Shown here piece by piece: positions 1 through 11,298 of a stretch of 53,598 nt of DNA. This DNA comes from Spirogloea muscicola (Eukaryota): positions 75,863-129,460 of the forward strand of contig WELB01000005.1 of NCBI GenBank assembly GCA_009602725.1. Reading direction: 5' to 3'. The position numbers and the translations under genes were made by a program. Each line of letters starts with the position of its first letter. Position 1 is the stretch's first letter. The notes under the pieces are model-generated. The model was not told the origin of the DNA. It made no database searches and saw nothing but the letters and a program-made list of their open reading frames with translations.

Positions 1-254
1 GTCGCCGCCGGCGGCGGCGACGGCGGCGGCGCGAGCGGCGGGCGCGGGCGCCCAACGGTCGGGAGCGGGGGGGGGGGCTAGGGGCCACCTGTTTAGGGGT
101 TCAGGGTCAAGGCGCGAGTCGGGCCGCTCAACGTCACGAAGTGGGCTCGGAGCGGTGGCTGCTACCATCTGACCATCAGAAGGCGGCCCCGGAAAGGCTG
201 AGCGCGTTGGTCCAGGAGCCACCCTCCCCCCCCGGCAGCACGGCGGAGGCGGCC

Positions 255-419
255 ATGGAAGGCGCGGGCGGCGCGCCGGACGCGGACGCGCGGGCGCTGC
301 AGCCGTCGGACGCGCTGCTGCTGCTGCTGCTGGCGGCCGCCGTCCTCTTCGCGGGGCCCGCGCTGGCGCTGCGCTGGTGGCGCCGCGCCCAGTCCCGCGA
401 CCTCCCCAAGTCCGACTGA
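255..419 (+). CDS. Putative 54-aa single-pass membrane microprotein
   Basis: ATG in strong context (GCCATGG). Product is MEGAGGAPDADARALQPSDALLLLLLAAAVLFAGPALALRWWRRAQSRDLPKSD*: acidic N-terminus, ~20-aa hydrophobic helix, then Trp/Arg cluster (positive-inside). Codons are GC3-rich. No family recognised. Confidence 0.5.
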   Translation: MEGAGGAPDADARALQPSDALLLLLLAAAVLFAGPALALRWWRRAQSRDLPKSD

Positions 420-1491
420 TGAGCTCCAGCCCACTGGGACGCCCTGGCCTCGTCGCTCCTGAGCTGAGCCGGAGCGGGAGGATGGCTCGGCCTCGCTCTC
501 GGGGGCGTGGGGTCAGCCGGTGGCTCTGGCCTCCAGCTGCCATCTTGTTTCAGCACGGAGCTGCGTCGGAGGACGCTGCAGAGCTGCAGCCGAGCTGTGC
601 TCTGGTCCGTGCTTGTACACTTGGCCCAGGCCCGGGCTTACTGTACCTGGGCTTCGCGTGCACTTGCTACTAGCGCCGTCCTTGACTACGTGACGTGACC
701 GGTTGGTGGCATGCAGTTGCCTGGGTGCAATTCTGGTCTGCGCAGGGGCCGCTTCCGAGGCTCGTGGCGCATTAACGATGCCAGCAACGAAGGGCTGCGT
801 CGTATCTCCAACCTGCGACCGAAGCTGTAGGCAGCAGCTTCTTCCTCGTCACTGCCTGGCAACTCTATTTGCACGGACTGGGACTTTGATGGTAGCCACT
901 TGCTGCACCACGAAAGCAAGTGGCCGTGCACTTGTCAACATGTAAACTGGCTCACACAATGGGCCAGCTTGCCACAACGGCAAGCACCGGTCCATCAGAG
1001 TAAGACACTTGCTGCCAGCATCTCTTGCCCTCCTCGTACACACGAGTCCTCGAATCCTCAAGTCCGCTCAAGTAACTAGCTCAACTCGTTCGTACTCTGC
1101 ACTTGGTATACACAGCACTACTGGCTGTTTCCACAGCGCCAGAGTGGCCGCACTGCTCACACTGAAAGAAAAGTCTCAACGTTCCTCTGCCCTTCCCTCT
1201 GTTTTCCATCATTTGGTCCGGCCCTGCCAGTAGGGGTGCAGGAAATGCTGGCTGCTGGAGAAGAAATGCCCAGGACTGGGCAGAATTCCTTCACGACTTT
1301 AGTCACTTGCAGAGCCCAGCAGCACAGAGCAGGGCAGATCAGAGGACCCTGGAAGTTGCGTGCTCGTGATTTTCCATTTTTATGGGCTCGTATACAGCTG
1401 CAGGAGACTGCCTTACCTCCTGGCTCATCTCAGCCCCTGCTTAGCTCAAAACACCTAAGCTCAGCCCAGCCCGAGCTCAGCTTGGCACAGC

Positions 1492-4400
1492 TCAATGTAG
1501 CAGGTGATTGGGTGAGCGGTCAAACATGACGCGCCACATGAAGGCACGCGAGAGCACCATCTCAAGCTCCTGATGGCTCCACCGCCGCGTCGGCAGGTGC
1601 TGCAAGAAGAGCACCATCTCCTGGAAATCCAGCTGCTGCAGCTGGTCCGTCCACTGCATGCAGGGGGGCATTGTGGTGCTGTCAGGTACGCTGTTCGTTA
1701 TAGTGGTGTTGCCATCTCGGAAGCAACCCGCTATCTTCATGGGAAGCAGCTAATGAGTTGTCTTAAAGATAAAGCAAAAGCCTGAAGCTTTTGTTCTATT
1801 TGATGTGATATTTGCCCGTGTACTGTCTTCAAACATTCAGGCCCATAAAGCAGATTGACTGCACACAGAAGCCCTTGAGCATTCGGCGATCATATTGTCA
1901 CATGATTAACCGGAATCCATGTCAACATTCTCACTGATATATCCAGCATATTTTTAAATAAGCTTCATCGGCAAATGGTCCGTTCAGTGGGATGTCTTCC
2001 CCAGCCACTCACAGTGAGAAGGAAGCTGGCACATGCGTAGACCATGTACTCCGGGAAGGCGTCTCCCTCAGAGAGATATGTATCCCACAGTCTCGCGATG
2101 AGATGGAATGGAAGCTGCACAAAGAGCAGGAATTTGAGCAAGCTTTCTGCTGCCGAGGTCACATTCTGTCATTTGTATCATGCAAGAATAGAGAGAAGTG
2201 CAAGTGCTTCCGCAAGCTTCAGCAGTGCCGTCCGCTGCACCCGCAGGATAGCATGCGGCGCGGCTCTTTGTCTGAAGGCCACAAGGCAAGGTAAAGGCCG
2301 TCAAGCAAGCATCTGCCCTGTCAATCGATATTGTACAAGTACCTCCCGTATGAGTAGGCAGTTGAACCACCGGAACGCGAATTGCAGAAACTCCAGGCCT
2401 TGCTCTTCCATGTGCTTTGTGACTGGCTCTGCAGGACAAAGAGTGATCTCAGATTGGGCCCCAGTCCTTGCGAGCAGGTATCCCTGGCAGAAATAGTGGG
2501 TGTGCTGGTGGGTGTCAAGAATTGGCCAAAACTGCATGAGCCAAGTGCTCCAGGAGCTCCAAGAGATTTCGAGACTTGAACCACAGATGCGGAAGCCTGA
2601 ACCTACACTTACTAAGGTTTGCACTCGAGGTATGACATATGCACTGATTCTTCAATACCTAAATTCTTTGTCGAGGCCTGCAATCCTGCTCTGTCATACG
2701 ATTGCCTCTTAGGCAGACCTGCCGATGCAGTGACAGGCAGAGCAAGAGCCACTGACCATCTATCCGTCGCACAATCTCCCTGAGCTTGAAGACAAGCCGC
2801 TGGATGCCGGGCTGCGCAAAAGTGTAGTGATCCTGGATGCCATCAAGGAGCTTGGAAAGGCACCAGTAGGAATCTGCCTCGACCTGGCACCAGCAAGGTG
2901 CATGAGAACAGAAAGTTAGTCAATTGGCTGACAGAAGCGACCAAGAGTTGTATATTTCGCTCAGCTACTCAGAGCTGCACGCGAGAAACTGAGGACATCG
3001 GCAGCCCTTACAGACAATCTTGTTGCACTGCCTGCAACAAGCTTCACCTGGTAGAGCGTGTCAACTGTGAGCTTGTCAACGGCCCAGGTCTGCATATCGC
3101 CCTCAAAGAACTCCGACAAGAAGACGACCATAAACGGCGTTACCAGGTCATTGATGCCCTGCACGTAGCCTGAGGCAGGGTGCCGTATGGACCTGCACGG
3201 CGTCGCCAGAAGTTTCAATATATATATTCTTTCATGTGTGCATATGTGTTATACATCTTGAGGATATAATGTCACGGTTACTAGAGGGCCTTGCCAGGCA
3301 CTCAAAGGGCTCGATGTCTCACAACCTTGCCACTGGCTTCAGCGCACAAGCCCCCGACAAGGGGTCAACCCACCTGCTGACCTCATGCCCAGCGGCCTTC
3401 AACAGCAAAACTTGGGCAAGGTCCGGGGTGGGTTGTGGCATTCACCAGATGTACAGCACGCGCTCCAATGATGCTTGCAATGCCGGCTGCTGAAAGAACT
3501 TCACGTCGGGCACGGTGCGAGGCACATCCACGGCAATCTGCAGTGAGGCAGAGCAAAGCGGGGGTGCGCATCATCTCTCCAGCAGCAACGAAGCTGGCAG
3601 CCCAGTGAAGCCTTTGGATGTTCCAGTCGAGTCCAGTACATTATCTCAGGCCGGGGTCTGTCGACCAGGGATTGAAGCTCGACCAGCCATTCATTCCGCA
3701 GCTTTGTATCCCTACAATTCAGTCTCCCAATCATCGAATCATGCGGGCGCCGCAGCTACTGCACTTGCTCATGCCGTTCTCAAATCAACGGCCTGTGGTG
3801 AGACCCTGCTTTCATCGCACCTGACGGAGTGTGTGGAGCTCCTCGTCAGTGCGTTCCGCAGAGGGGATGTCGTAGTACTGCGGCACGCAGTCGCGGTACT
3901 CGCGCCGCTTGCGTGCCAGCACCTGCTCTCGGCGGTCCGCGTTCGGCGGCGCGTAGCCCTGGCAGCGCCCAACGGTGCCTGCTGCCGTCAAGCTCGTATC
4001 TCGGCAACATGCAGAGACAGACAACCCGGCGGTCTCCCATCTGGCTGCCATGGCGGCGGCGTCGTCACCGCTGACTCGACACAAGCGAGGTGGCCAAGGC
4101 CGGGCGGCGATCACGGATGCCCACTGACCAGCAGCAGGCGCCACACGAGCGGCCGCATGTTCGGAGGCACCCCGCTCCACGAGAGCTCCCTCAGGGCGTC
4201 TGCCCGAGCACGCGAACAAGCGGCACCAACAGTGGGCAAGGAGTTGCTGACGCTTTCCGACACCAACGCACGGCCCTGCTCAGAGGCCATGGACGGAGCT
4301 GCGAGGCTGCGGCGGTCGGCAACATGGGCACCGGGCGACGGCGGCGCTGCTCACCCAGGTCGACGGTGGTGTTGGCGAGCTCCCTCTTGAAGCGCACGAC

Positions 4401-4903
4401 TCGCGCCGCGTCCGTGGACCGCCCTTCCGACGGCGGCGCCTTGGGGGCCGCCGGCGGCGGCTCAGGAGGGGCTGCCAGGGGCTCGGGCTCTGGTGGCGTA
4501 GCCGCAGATGGTGACGCCGCCTCCTCGCTGGGCTGCGCCACTGCGCCGCCTGCCTCCGCCGCCTGACGACGGGCACGCAGAACCGCCATGGCCATCAGTG
4601 CGCGGCGTCCTCGCTTGGCAAGGCGCGTCACGTAGCGTCAGAGAAGACGGCGGAGGACACCTTGGCTTCTGAGGCGCTCGCCTCGGCTGCGGCGGAGGGC
4701 GACACGGGGCTCGGCTGCGGCTCGCCGTCGCTGTTGTCCCAGTCGCCGTCGTCATGGCCACCGCCGACACCGGACGCCGCGGCGCCGTTGCCGGCGGCCG
4801 CCGCGGCGGCGAGCTGGAGCTGGCCCAGGCTGGCGGCGGCGCGGTTGACCAGCACCTTGCCCGGCAGCGACTTGCCGCGCTTCAGCGACTTGGCCTGGCT
4901 CAT
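1492..4903 (-). CDS. TBC1D22: Rab GTPase-activating protein, TBC domain, GYP1/TBC1D22 family (10 exons)
   Basis: GT-AG exons in consistent phase: 4661-4903, 4355-4562, 4129-4199, 3821-3958, 3446-3537, 3048-3192, 2757-2883, 2343-2428, 2013-2114, 1492-1653. Motifs: WSGVP..RPLVWRLLLGY, R-finger IAVDVPR, Q-finger RHPASGYVQGINDL, EADSYWCLSKLLDGIQD, FAFRWFNCLLIRE, RLWDTY. ATG 4903 is the probable start, but an upstream exon could lie in the N gap. Confidence 0.93.
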
Positions 4904-4986
4904 CGCTCCGCCGCCGCCGGCGCCGCGAGAGCCGGAGGCCTAGCAGGCAGCCGCCGCGCCCGCGGCCTGCGGAGCCGGCTCCTGCG

Positions 4987-5522
4987 NNNNNNNNNNNNNN
5001 NNNNNNNNNNNNNNNNNNNNNNNNNNNNNNNNNNNNNNNNNNNNNNNNNNNNNNNNNNNNNNNNNNNNNNNNNNNNNNNNNNNNNNNNNNNNNNNNNNNN
5101 NNNNNNNNNNNNNNNNNNNNNNNNNNNNNNNNNNNNNNNNNNNNNNNNNNNNNNNNNNNNNNNNNNNNNNNNNNNNNNNNNNNNNNNNNNNNNNNNNNNN
5201 NNNNNNNNNNNNNNNNNNNNNNNNNNNNNNNNNNNNNNNNNNNNNNNNNNNNNNNNNNNNNNNNNNNNNNNNNNNNNNNNNNNNNNNNNNNNNNNNNNNN
5301 NNNNNNNNNNNNNNNNNNNNNNNNNNNNNNNNNNNNNNNNNNNNNNNNNNNNNNNNNNNNNNNNNNNNNNNNNNNNNNNNNNNNNNNNNNNNNNNNNNNN
5401 NNNNNNNNNNNNNNNNNNNNNNNNNNNNNNNNNNNNNNNNNNNNNNNNNNNNNNNNNNNNNNNNNNNNNNNNNNNNNNNNNNNNNNNNNNNNNNNNNNNN
5501 NNNNNNNNNNNNNNNNNNNNNN
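4987..5522. other. Assembly gap (536 N) in the divergent promoter between the RabGAP and nucleotidase genes
   Basis: Run of N with very GC-rich sequence on both sides. Confidence 0.99.
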
Positions 5523-5560
5523 CCGCAGCCGGTGCTGCCGGACGCCGCCGCCTGGCGGGC

Positions 5561-8500
5561 ATGGCGGTGGCCGGCCCCTCCTCGGGCCGCCGTGGCGGCA
5601 GCGGCAGCTGCCTCAGCCGGCCGACACCCGCCCTCATCGACGAGCCAGCCGTGGCCGCAGCCAGAGCGCGCAGCAATCCCGGCCACCGCAAGTGCCGCCG
5701 CAAGTGGCCGCCGCTGGGAGCCTCACAGCACACGGTGCAGGCCTTCGCTCGCTGCTCAGCAGGCGCCGGTGAGATGGAGCCCGCTGCAGCAAGGGCAGGC
5801 CCGCCGCTTCCACTTGGAGGCGGCAGGCGGGGCGGACGGTGAGGCCATGCTCACCACCTCGCGTGGCGCGGCTGAGCACCGCCGATGCCTTCTGGCCCAT
5901 GTCTTGTGCAGCATCGCCGCCTCCTCGGATCGACTCAGCGAAGTTGGCAGCGGCGGCGGCCCGCAGGACCGCTGACCGGCGTGCAGGCGCTGGAGGAGCC
6001 GCCCTCCGCCGCACACAGCAATGGTGGCTGCGCCGAGCCAGCCCTGCGGTTCTGCCATGAAGCTCGCGCTCTTGCTTGCAGCATTCGCCCGAGACGCCCA
6101 GAGGCTGCGGCCATCTACAGGTCCTCGGCAGAATCGGCGCTGCACGTCTCAGCGTTCCGCTCCTTTTGCTGCAGGGGCTGCGGCGAGCGGCACATCTCTC
6201 CCACCAGGAGCGGAGGACCTGCAATTGCGCTCACGGAAGGCCATGGCCGACCCCTCTTCACCCGACTGGCTGCTGCCGGTAGGATGCGTTGACTTATCTG
6301 CTGCGTCGACTCTGCTGTCGGCAGCCAGAAAGTCGGCGGCTGTAGAGGACGGAAACCCTCGTGCTTTTGATGAGGGAGGGCCGAGTGCCCTGGGTGGCGG
6401 CGCCCCCAGGTGGCGGAGTCCGACGAGGACACGCCGACCTGGACGAGCCGCGTGTGGGCCAGCCCCGTGGACGTCAAGCGGCGCATCTTCTGCAACCGCG
6501 CCCTCAACATGAAGGTCCGTGGCTGCTGCGGCTTGCCGGCCATTCCTTCCAAATATGGCCGAGGCTGTAAGCCGTGCTGGCCGCGGCCAGAGTGGCTCTG
6601 CAGAGCATCGTGGCGGTGGGCTTCGACATGGACTACACGCTAGCGCAGTACCGGCCGGAGACGTTCGAGACGCTGGCCTACGCTGAGACCGTCAAGAAGC
6701 TCGTGCACAAGCTTGGGTATCCTGAGGAGGTGCTACTCTTCCTCCTCGTCTGGAGTACCAGGGCACGACTCCAACTTTGACTCAGCCTGTGGCTCTGGCT
6801 TGGGCACTCGGCCCTGCTGACCTGCCCTCTGACCTACTGCAGCTGCTGAGGTGGGAGTTTGACTGGCGCTACATGGTACGTGGCCTCGTGCTGGACAAGC
6901 GGCGCGGCAACATCCTCAAGGCAAGCCAGACGAGCCCTCTCCCTGCACCAGCTGCTGTATCTGGCCACACTCCTGTGGTGGTCAGCGCAAAAGCTCAGCA
7001 CAAGCTGCCTCGCTTGGCCAGAGGTTAATGGGCCTTCGTGAGCGCCGGCCTTGCCTAGACCTTTTCGTGCTGCTTCTTGGCGCTGCTGCCGCCACTTTGA
7101 CTACTGCTTGGACCCTGCTTGTTACTTTTTTGCAGTGCAGATGGACCGGCACAAGTACGTGAAGGTAGCATATCACGGCTTCCGGGAGCTGCTCCGTGAG
7201 GAACGCATGGGCACGTACGCCGGCGGCGGAGAGTCGTTTGACGAGCCAGACTATGCGCTCATCGACACGCTCTTCTCCCTTGCCGAGGCCTACCTCTTCG
7301 CACAGCTCGTCGACTACTGCGACGCGCACCCAAATGCCCTCCTGGGCAAAGAGTGAGGACTTGCCCATGTGGACAGTCTGATGCAATTGACCTTTATGAA
7401 TGTCAGCCAACGACTTCTGGCAAGAGATGAAAGACATCCCCAACATGAGTCATGCTGTACATGCTATTGCTTCGTCATGGGCAGTACTCGGCCCCCAAGT
7501 CCTTGCATACTGGGCCACATCTGTACTTAAGTTGCTGCTCATTACTGGAGCTCATCAGTCCCTTGGCCAGGGTAGACATGGTTATAAAGAGGGGTGCGCA
7601 GCTGATGCCCTCTTTAGCTCAGACTTCTTAGAGTGCATGGAGCTTCTTGGAGACTCAGTTGTCTTAGAGATACTGCTGGAGGGACTCAATTCACGTGCTC
7701 CTGGTTGTGCCGCAGCTACGCTAAGATCTACAAGGACGTGCGCGCAGCCGTGGACCTCTGCCACCGGGACGGAACGCTGAAGAAGGCGGTCGCTGCCGAC
7801 CCTGCCCTGTGAGGCCACCTGCCACCTCCCTACCTGCCACCTCCCTGTCCCACCAGCACACCGCCAATCTTACAGATTAGCCGCCTATGGATGATGTTCA
7901 GGGCAGCAAATTACTTAGTGTGTCTGCTATATTACTTGTCCTAGCTCCAGTAGATCTGGATCTCTGCTTGTCGACTCGTTCACACCAATCATTCCTGGTC
8001 GCTCAGATATATCCACAAGGACGACCACATCGTGCCCATGCTGAAGATGCTGCGTGACTCGGGCCGCATGACCTTCATCGTGACCAACAGGTGGGGACCT
8101 GACGTGCTTGGACATCCAGGTGCCTCCAATTTGTATTGGTGGAACTCTTGCAGCCGCTGACACTCTCAGCTGTATTCTGCCCAAACGCACACCGGCAATT
8201 GTGACAAACATGCAAGTTGTCCACCTGACAATCGTATTGACGTGACTTCCATTGTCATCGGCTTTGTGACGTAGACAGTATATTTTCAATTTCTAAACTG
8301 AATGCAAGACATGATTGGGTGTTGCATGTGCAGCCTGTGGGACTACACACATGTGGTTATGAATTACCTGTGTGGCAAGTGCGGAACGGACGGCGGCATA
8401 CCTCGGGACGACACTTGGCTTGAGCACTTTGATGTTTGCATCACTGGCAGTGCCAAGCCCGCCTTCTTCTTGGATGGCAGCCGCGCACCCATCTTTCAGG

Positions 8501-10526
8501 TTGCAACCTCCAGCGGACTGCTGGCAAACACGGACGATGGCAGCCCTTTGGCGCAGGTCAGTGGGCTTGCCCTCCTCATCCCGTAGAATGAGTGCAATTT
8601 GACCAAGATTTGCAGTTGTAGAGTTGTGCTTAGGCAGAGATGCACGCATCACTTTGAGATACTACAGAGTCACACTTTACTATACATGAAGCTGTAGCTC
8701 ACAATCTTGGAGATGCTTGTATGCACCTTCCTGTAGGTGGGAGACGTCTGCAGTCGTCCATCTCTTGGCCATAACATACATGAAGGGTGCAGAGTTTTCC
8801 AGGTATAGGGTGTTGTTGCTAAAGCGTACTGCTGATTTACCTCAGTCCACACGCCCCTACCAAATACAGAATCTCAGTGAAGGTGCTCTGATCTAGGAGC
8901 TCCAGGAAGCATGTAGAATTATTTTAGTGACCAGCATGGCACGCGGTGCTCCTTGCTGCATGTTTTGCCCTCAACTCGTGCAAGGGTGATCCAGGCCCCC
9001 AACAATCTTGCATCATGCAGGGCGGCAGCGTTGCCCACCTGCATCGGATGCTCGGAATTGCTAATGGGTCGCAGGTTTGCGGATGTCTGATCTCCTCCAT
9101 GTGCAAGCGCTTTGCCTTCCTATCAGTCTGCTTAGCTTCTCATGAAGCCTCACAACATTCACAACGACGTGCATAGTGCCATGTTTGCATGCCTGTAACT
9201 TTCACGGGGCACTGCCTCATGCTGTTTTGATGCCACTCAGCTACTGAGGCTTTCCCGAGGCTGCTTCCTGCAGGTCCTGTATGTGGGTGACCATATCTAT
9301 GGCGACATCCTTCGCAGCAAGAAGCAGATGGGCAAGCTTCTGATGCAAGCCTTGATCCTCGTGCTCTGCTTGCAAATATCTGGAATCTGGAGAAGCTATG
9401 TGATTGTTTTCTGAGCAATCATAGGCACACCCTTAGTCGTTGTCTTGCTTACTTTTGAAGCACCATTGGCCTGTCTACCAGGTTGGAGAACCATGCTAGT
9501 TGTGCCAGAGCTTGCCAGAGAGCTACAGCTACTTCGGCAGACACAAATCATCCGCAGGGTGCGTATGCTGGCCAAACCAGGCTGCCAAAACTCTAGCGGA
9601 ATGTTGCCCAAGTGTTCTGGTCAGCGATATCACTTGACTCATGACCAATTGCACTGATTCAAGCATCATGTCACCTGTCACTGGATGTGGTTTGCACCCA
9701 GTAGGTAGCCGTGTTATCTCCTGTCTGCTGCAGTGATGGTCGAATTGCTGGTTGCCAATAACAGGAGTTCCACGCACTCCGGCAGCAACGTGATGCTCTT
9801 GATGACTCCATCCAGCGACTTGAGTGGGCCATTAAGTACGCATTGCAATATTGTTTTGTGACAGTCCCCATACAAGCAGCTCACCAGGCTGCATACTGCT
9901 GTCATATATATTGCCAGCTCCTCTTACACTGTGACTGGCCATTGGGCAGACTCGAAGATAGCACCGAGGAAAGCAGAGCTGAATTCATTCACGACATCAA
10001 GAATCTGCAGGTGAGGCCTCAGATTTACCCCCCTGCTTATGTGATTAAGCATGCCGTGCAGAGTAGGGAAGCTTGATACATGAGTGAAGTCTTTCATGTC
10101 AGCACATCCAAATCTCACTGAGGACGTGATTCCTGATGCAGGTGCAGCGCGATGCTGTTCGGGAGCTGCATCGCAGGGCTCAGCAGGACTGCCACCAGAT
10201 GGTAGAGCAGCTTGCAGCTTGCCATTTCTTTGCGCTGTTCTTTGACCCTTCTGGCCCTGTAGAAGCTGTAGGCCAATGAGAAGTGCACCTCACATCAGGT
10301 GTGTGTAAGTTGAGTGTGTCCGTCAATTCCTTTGATGCAGTTCCACAGAGTTTGGGGCCAACTCATGAAGACCGGGTACCAGAACTCTCGATTTGCACAC
10401 CAAGTTGAACGCTTTGCCTGCTTGTACACGAGCCATGTGGGAAACTTGTGCTACTACTCACCAGACAAGTCATATCGCACCTGCGAGGACCTGCTTCCTC
10501 ACGAGTTCGACATCATTGACATGTAA
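5561..10526 (+). CDS. HAD-superfamily subfamily IG 5'-nucleotidase (cN-II/NT5DC-like), with probable organellar transit peptide
   Basis: Core exons: 6410-6514, 6604-6729, 6843-6920, 7141-7352, 7716-7808, 8007-8090, 8334-8556, 8737-8802, 9021-9074, 9274-9331, 9482-9558, 9765-9835, 9950-10010, 10142-10201, 10341-10526. Tentative N-terminal exons 5561-5768 and 6175-6278 are phase-compatible. Motifs: IFCNRALNM, HAD motif I GFDMDYTL, motif II VTNS, motif IV LYVGDHIYGD, GWRTMLVVPEL, RFACLYTS. Two introns need GC donors. Confidence 0.92.
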
Positions 10527-11298
10527 GGCGCTGCTGCTGCCAAAAAGTCTGACAGGCCAGAATGATATCGGCAGCCGCACGTTTCCAGTAGTATAATATT
10601 CAGCTGCAGGCTGCAGATCTGTCTGCTCAATACTGAAAGTAGCCCACTTTTTGTGCAGAGTGGAAGGACCTGTCCTGCCAACGATTTGTACAGAGGATGG
10701 CACACCATCAAAGGTTCACACGTAGAGCACATTCGCAGCTCTTTCATTTGTAGCAAAGGTAGGCATAAAGCCTCCAATGAAGGCAAGTAGAGAGTATGTA
10801 AGTTTAGCTGCTGAATGTGCAGCTTGACTTGACTTTCTTAACGCACGCAGCTTAGAGAAACTCTCAGAGAAAAGCTCAACTTGTACACTGTTGAATAATT
10901 TCCTTATACATGGAATTTGGAATGTGCTTCAGGCAAAACCTTTCCCTTATGTAGCGAGTGCGAGACGGATGAGAAGACCTGGACTGAATCACAATGACTG
11001 GAAACATAATTACAGTTTTTCTAGCAAAAAATTGCGGAACTGCCGGAATGGATGAGGTGCTGCTACTCAATCACATAAAAGTGGAAATCTGGCCCCCAGC
11101 TTTGCATCAAGTAAACTACAAAAATGCATGTAACTCCTACTTTGTGCAACAACGTGCACAATCTGAGCTGCCTAGGCTGGCGACCATTAGACAGTCTCAC
11201 AAGCCAAGGAAAAATAAGTCTGCCACTAGAATTGAGTGAGTCATTCACACCTGATCGAGGAAACAAGAAGTGTTCAAGGATACAAAAAAGTGACCTGC

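Noticed and set aside
3515..4390. 291-aa plus-strand ORF, and similar long ORFs at 23028-24330 and 51801-53004
   Set aside because: Shadow or promoter ORFs produced by stop-poor GC-rich DNA; they overlap well-supported genes or carry no motif.
4754..5842. ORFs spanning the N gap
   Set aside because: Artefacts of translating Ns.
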